Shown one piece after another: positions 25,809-29,779 of a stretch of DNA of 29,779 nucleotides. The stretch spans positions 1 through 29,779 of the forward strand of contig JBBSVU010000023.1 of assembly GCA_038046645.1 (NCBI GenBank), read 5' to 3'. The DNA comes from an archaeon (GTDB lineage Archaea > Iainarchaeota > Iainarchaeia > Iainarchaeales > 0-14-0-20-34-12). The translations under genes and the position numbers were made by a program. How positions within the stretch are numbered: the first letter of the stretch is position 1; each line of letters opens with the position of its first letter. The notes below the pieces were generated by a model. The model searched no databases. It saw nothing but the letters and a program-made list of their open reading frames with translations, and was not told the DNA's origin.

Positions 25809-25906
25809 ACTACTTAATAACCCGGAGAAATATTTAAAAACCATCGCTTTTCCCCCTAAAATGGGGTTTGGTGATAGAATCTAACCTGCGCCCAAAGCCT
25901 ATGTGA

Positions 25907-26563
25907 TTACTTATATCTTGCTCTTTTTTCTATCTCTTCTAATTTTTCAAGCACTTCCTTCCCTGATTCATAGTTTTTGCAGTATGCCTTTGTTATTCCT
26001 GGCCAGCCATTTTTTATGCCCGAATGGGTTGCCAAAAAGGTTTTTTTCAGATTTAAGAGATCAGTAGCTTTATCCTCAATTTTGTGGCTTCTAAAACCCA
26101 AACCAAAATCAAGCAGGATTAATTCTTTATTTACAATAAAATTGCTTGTTGTTAAATCCCCGTGGATTATATTATTCTTGTGCAATACAGCTATGCTCTT
26201 TCCAGCTTTGCTGCACGTTTTTAAGTTATCCTTATTTTTGCTTTTCAAGCCATCTGTCTTTTTGTTGTTCAAGCTAACCTTATTTTTGTTGTTCAGGTAG
26301 TCTTTCAGCCTAACCCCCTCAACGTATTCCATATTAAAAGAACCATTTTCTGAATCCAAAGAATATGTGTTTGGCACTTTTACACAAAATAAATTTGCTT
26401 GGTTCAGCAAATTGTATTCCTGTTTAGTTCTCTTTTTTATTAATGAGTCATTTAATGCTTTATTTCTGTATGTTTTATTTATCCTTTTTTTCAGTACAGC
26501 TTTCCTGCCCTCAAATTCCGTAAGAAAGAGTTTTGCCTCTGCCCCTTCCCTTATTAGTTCCAT
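25907..26563 (-). CDS. bud32: KEOPS complex kinase/ATPase Bud32
   Basis: GAEA, K.R..K.YR...L, MEYVEG, IIHGDLTTSN, DFGLG, EDKATDL and C-terminal IEKRARY. Confidence 0.95.
   Translation of the reverse strand: MELIREGAEAKLFLTEFEGRKAVLKKRINKTYRNKALNDSLIKKRTKQEYNLLNQANLFCVKVPNTYSLDSENGSFNMEYVEGVRLKDYLNNKNKVSLNNKKTDGLKSKNKDNLKTCSKAGKSIAVLHKNNIIHGDLTTSNFIVNKELILLDFGLGFRSHKIEDKATDLLNLKKTFLATHSGIKNGWPGITKAYCKNYESGKEVLEKLEEIEKRARYK
26225..26296 (-). repeat. Three imperfect 24-bp in-frame tandem repeats inside bud32
   Basis: CTGAACAACAAAAATAAGGTTAGC / TTGAACAACAAAAAGACAGATGGC / TTGAAAAGCAAAAATAAGGATAAC, encoding LNNKNKVS LNNKKTDG LKSKNKDN. Confidence 0.75.
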
Positions 26564-26608
26564 AAAATCAGCCCTGCCCTAACAAAAGTTTTTCCTTCAG
26601 CTGTTCGG

Positions 26609-27142
26609 TTAACACTCTTCATTAATTATTTGTTTCTGGTTTTCAATTCCCTGCTTCATCCCTTCCATGCTGTCCTTTAAGGCTTTAACATAGGCATCAT
26701 CCTCGTATGCACTAAAATCCTTTTCAAACTTTGCAGCCATCTTGGCTATTGCCTCTAAATCAGATTCCAAGGAATCAAACGCTGAGGTAAAATCAGCATA
26801 ATATATGCTGTCACAATCTAAATTCAAGGTATTAAGCAGTTTGTATTTTGAATCAAGTGCTTTCTGCGCATCTAAAAGCTCTATTGTTTTTAATCGCATA
26901 TCAATCAATGCCATAATTGCGTTCTTTTCAGCCGATGGCCCCCTAAATGCAAATTCGTTTTTCAATAAACCCATGGCAGTTTTATATTCAGAAGATTTTT
27001 CCTGCACCGGAATTACCCCGTTAAGATATTTTTCATCCAATGCGTTAAGCTTTTGGTTTGCTGCCTTGAAATCAAGGTTCCAATAAAAAAAATAAACTGC
27101 CGCAACAATTATTATCAAAAATATGATTGATTTTAGTTTCAT
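26609..27142 (-). CDS. Hypothetical protein, N-terminal membrane anchor and helical ectodomain
   Basis: MKLKSIIFLIIIVAAVYFFYW then an all-alpha/heptad-like sequence; two Cys, one of them the last residue. Confidence 0.75.
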   Translation of the reverse strand: MKLKSIIFLIIIVAAVYFFYWNLDFKAANQKLNALDEKYLNGVIPVQEKSSEYKTAMGLLKNEFAFRGPSAEKNAIMALIDMRLKTIELLDAQKALDSKYKLLNTLNLDCDSIYYADFTSAFDSLESDLEAIAKMAAKFEKDFSAYEDDAYVKALKDSMEGMKQGIENQKQIINEEC

Positions 27143-27193
27143 ACTATCCTCTTTAATTAACGTTTATTTAAGATTATGCTAGCATTTTTGCCA

Positions 27194-29629
27194 TTATTCC
27201 TCTATTAAAACCCTCATTTTTTTATTGATTTCAATTGCATTTGCATTTTCCCCTATCTGGATTTCAAATGACCCAATCTTGCATGTTTTTCTTATGGTTT
27301 CCTTTGCTGCCTCAATATATTCAAGCATGCTTGAATCTTCAAGGTAAAGCACAACCCTTTTCAGCTCCTTGTTCAGGGCAAGCCCTTTGGAATTTTTATA
27401 TTTCCTAATTGTGCTTATTACTTCAGTTTTATGTTCCCCTACTTTTTCATAAAAATCATTTATTAAGGAAGCATCTGCCTTTGGATACTCTGTTGTTGTA
27501 ATGCTTTTCTCCTTTTTCTTTAACGCATTCAATGATTGATAGCATTCCTCTGCTATATGCGGCATAAACGGAGAGAATAATTTCAATATTGTTAAAAATA
27601 CCTCAATCAGCACAAATTGTGCTGTTTGTTTCTCTTCATCTGTTCCGGAATAAAGCCTGTCTTTTACCTCTTCAATGTACATGTCGCAGAATTCAAGCCA
27701 GAAGAAATCCCTTGTTTCTGCCAAGGCCCTTGAGAAACTATACTGGTCCATATTTTCTGTGCTGCTTTTTACCACAGAATTCAACCTGCTTAATATCCAG
27801 ATATCCTCGGTTGCATATTTCTTTTTGCTTTTTGAAAGTTCTGCGTAGTCAACATTTTCAGTAACAAGATTTACAAATTTGCTTGAATTGTATATTTTAT
27901 TTATCAGCCGTATTGCGGAGACAAATTCCCTTTCATTGTAAGGGACATCTTCCCCAAGGACAACAGAACAACTCCAATATCTTAAAGCATCAGCGCTATA
28001 TTTATCAATCACTTCCTGCGGCTTTACTACATTGCCCAATGATTTGCTCATCTTCCTGCCTTTTGAATCTAATGCCCAGCCGTTTACCATCATGTTTTTC
28101 CATGGTATGCTCTTGTGGTGCAAATAAGATTTTACAATCGTGTTGAATGCCCATAATGTAATTATGTCATGTCCCTGCGGCCTTAAATCAAGCGGATATA
28201 TTTTTTCAAAAAATTTATTATCAAGGTTCCATTTTGCATTTATTTCAGGTGTTAATGATGAGGTAAACCAGGTATCAAGGACATCCTTTTCCGGCTCAAA
28301 ATCTGTGGAGCCGCACTTTTTGCATTTTTCCCTTGGCTTGTCTTTTAATGGGTCTACTGGCAGGTCATCTGGATTTGCAAGTGCTATTGTCCCACATTTG
28401 CTGCAATACCACACAGGAAATGGAACACCAAAAAATCTCTGCCTTGAAATGCACCAGTCCCATTGCAATCCTGAAATCCAATTTTCCAGCCTTGAAATCA
28501 TATGCTTTGGATTCCAATTAACCTGTTTTGCGTATTTTAGGAATTCATCTTTCAAATCAAGGTATTTGATAAACCATTGCTTTGTTACCAAGAATTCAAT
28601 ATCTGTTTTGCATCTTTCATGCACATTTACTGCATGGACTATTTTTCTTTTTCCAGAAGCTAAGCCTAATTTTTCCAATTCAGCAGTTATCTTCTCCCTT
28701 GCTTCCTTTATTTTCATTCCTTTATAAATTCCGGCCTTTTCATTTAAGGTTCCATTTTCATTGATTATAATTTTCAAGTCAAGGTTATGTGCCTTATACC
28801 ATTCCATATCTGTCTGGTCCCCAAAGGTGCAGCACATTACTATTCCAGTGCCTTTTTCAGGGTTTACCCTTACATCTTTTCTGATTATTACCCAATTATT
28901 GAATATTGGCACCTTTGCTTTCTTTCCAACTAATTTTTCATATCTTTTGTCATCTGGATGCACGAAAATAGAAACACAGGCAGCTAGCATTTCAGGCCTT
29001 GTTGTGCTTATTGTAATCTTTTCCTTATTCTCCAGTTCAAATAAAAGGTCAATAAAATGGCTTTCCTTTTCCGAATCCTCTAATTCTGCCTGTGCTACCG
29101 CAGTATTGCAGGTAGTGCAGAACATATGCGGGGATTCCTTTCTGTAAGCCCTGTCTTGATTATAAATATCTAAGAATGAATGCTGTGCTATTTCCCTTGC
29201 TTCCTCACTGATTGTTCTATATACAAGGGACCAGTCTACTGCTAACCCCAATGCCTGAAAATCATGCATTAATTCTTCTTCAGCCTTTTTTGTCTGTTCC
29301 AAGCAAAGCTTGATGAATTCACTCCTCTGTAAAGTATTGCCCCTTATGCCCAATTCCTTTTCAACAAAGCGCTCTGTCGCCAATCCATTGTCATCAAACC
29401 CGAAAGGATAAAATAAATTAAAGCCCTGCATTTTTTTATATCTTGCAATCACATCAGCTTGTGTGTACCCTAAAGCATGCCCAAGGTGCATCCTTCCGCT
29501 GACTGTTGGTGGAGGCACATCTATGCAAAACAAAGGTTTATTTGACTCTCGGATGAATGCATTGGTTTTTTCAACTTCCCAATGCTTCTGCCATTTATTT
29601 TCCAATGCATGCAAATCAAGCTGGGCCAT
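27194..29629 (-). CDS. valS: Valine--tRNA ligase (archaeal type)
   Basis: IDVPPPTVSGRMHLGH (HIGH), GFDDNGLATE, TTRPEM, GTGIVMCCTFGD, WDWCISRQR, RPQGHDII, KMSKS; ATG 29629 preferred over GTG 29638. Confidence 0.97.
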   Translation of the reverse strand: MAQLDLHALENKWQKHWEVEKTNAFIRESNKPLFCIDVPPPTVSGRMHLGHALGYTQADVIARYKKMQGFNLFYPFGFDDNGLATERFVEKELGIRGNTLQRSEFIKLCLEQTKKAEEELMHDFQALGLAVDWSLVYRTISEEAREIAQHSFLDIYNQDRAYRKESPHMFCTTCNTAVAQAELEDSEKESHFIDLLFELENKEKITISTTRPEMLAACVSIFVHPDDKRYEKLVGKKAKVPIFNNWVIIRKDVRVNPEKGTGIVMCCTFGDQTDMEWYKAHNLDLKIIINENGTLNEKAGIYKGMKIKEAREKITAELEKLGLASGKRKIVHAVNVHERCKTDIEFLVTKQWFIKYLDLKDEFLKYAKQVNWNPKHMISRLENWISGLQWDWCISRQRFFGVPFPVWYCSKCGTIALANPDDLPVDPLKDKPREKCKKCGSTDFEPEKDVLDTWFTSSLTPEINAKWNLDNKFFEKIYPLDLRPQGHDIITLWAFNTIVKSYLHHKSIPWKNMMVNGWALDSKGRKMSKSLGNVVKPQEVIDKYSADALRYWSCSVVLGEDVPYNEREFVSAIRLINKIYNSSKFVNLVTENVDYAELSKSKKKYATEDIWILSRLNSVVKSSTENMDQYSFSRALAETRDFFWLEFCDMYIEEVKDRLYSGTDEEKQTAQFVLIEVFLTILKLFSPFMPHIAEECYQSLNALKKKEKSITTTEYPKADASLINDFYEKVGEHKTEVISTIRKYKNSKGLALNKELKRVVLYLEDSSMLEYIEAAKETIRKTCKIGSFEIQIGENANAIEINKKMRVLIEE

Positions 29630-29648
29630 ATGTTTCACAGTAATTTAA

Positions 29649-29709
29649 CCTTGTGAGCGGGAAATCTACAGCCTTTAGGATGTAGATAAAAGCGAGCAAA
29701 GTTCACAGG
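29649..29709 (-). promoter_or_regulatory. Structured predicted 5' leader of valS
   Basis: Nested stems CCUGUGA/UCACAAGG and AUCUACA/UGUAGAU with an apical CC-UAAA-GG. TATA TTTATAAA at 29737-29730 places the TSS near 29709. Confidence 0.5.
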
Positions 29710-29779
29710 AAATCCACTCTCTCCAATCCTTTATAAAGCCCAAAAAGCTTTTATTTGTTCATGCTGCTCACATACAAAT

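Noticed and set aside
25852..25866. CCCC-TAAAAT-GGGG mini-hairpin downstream of bud32
   Set aside because: A 4-bp stem is expected by chance; no further support.
852..29648. Many 60-195 aa ORFs antisense to or overlapping the long genes (e.g. 11937..12365, 16263..16640, 28140..28727)
   Set aside because: They lie within well-supported genes, have no recognisable motifs and show shadow-frame composition.
1..29779. tRNA, rRNA or CRISPR loci
   Set aside because: All intergenic gaps are short and AT-rich, with no cloverleaf/T-loop signature or repeat-spacer pattern found by eye.

Overview
AT-rich archaeal chromosomal window. PolD (DP1+DP2), Cdc6/Orc1, archaeal SepF, CarS, Bud32, eS1/S3Ae, TTTA(A/T)A(A/T)A TATA boxes and GGTGA ribosome-binding sites establish the domain. 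Compact, N-terminally trimmed genes and the style of the giant surface proteins suggest a DPANN lineage, possibly Diapherotrites/Iainarchaeota (inference). From left to right: (1) three large secreted or membrane-anchored surface proteins, two of which share an apparent paralogous C-terminal domain; (2) an AbiEi/AbiEii type IV toxin-antitoxin pair with a perfect 13-bp operator palindrome; (3) cdc6, divergent from sepF and a tail-anchored hypothetical gene; (4) a DUF2683-like/RelE type II TA pair; (5) DP2 with a 493-aa LAGLIDADG intein, DP1 and UPF0147; (6) an envelope cluster of secF, secD, archaeosortase, carS, sppA and DUF92; (7) rps3ae, an unannotated 38-aa ORF, rps15, bud32, a hypothetical gene and valS. 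The most unusual signals are the non-canonical PolD (intein ending Tyr-Asp, catalytic CDGDED read as CDGEQD, altered DP1 metal ligands), the uncharacterised surface-protein module, and structured 5' leaders upstream of rps15 and valS. I saw no tRNA, rRNA, CRISPR array or transposase. All family calls come from motif recognition, not database searches.
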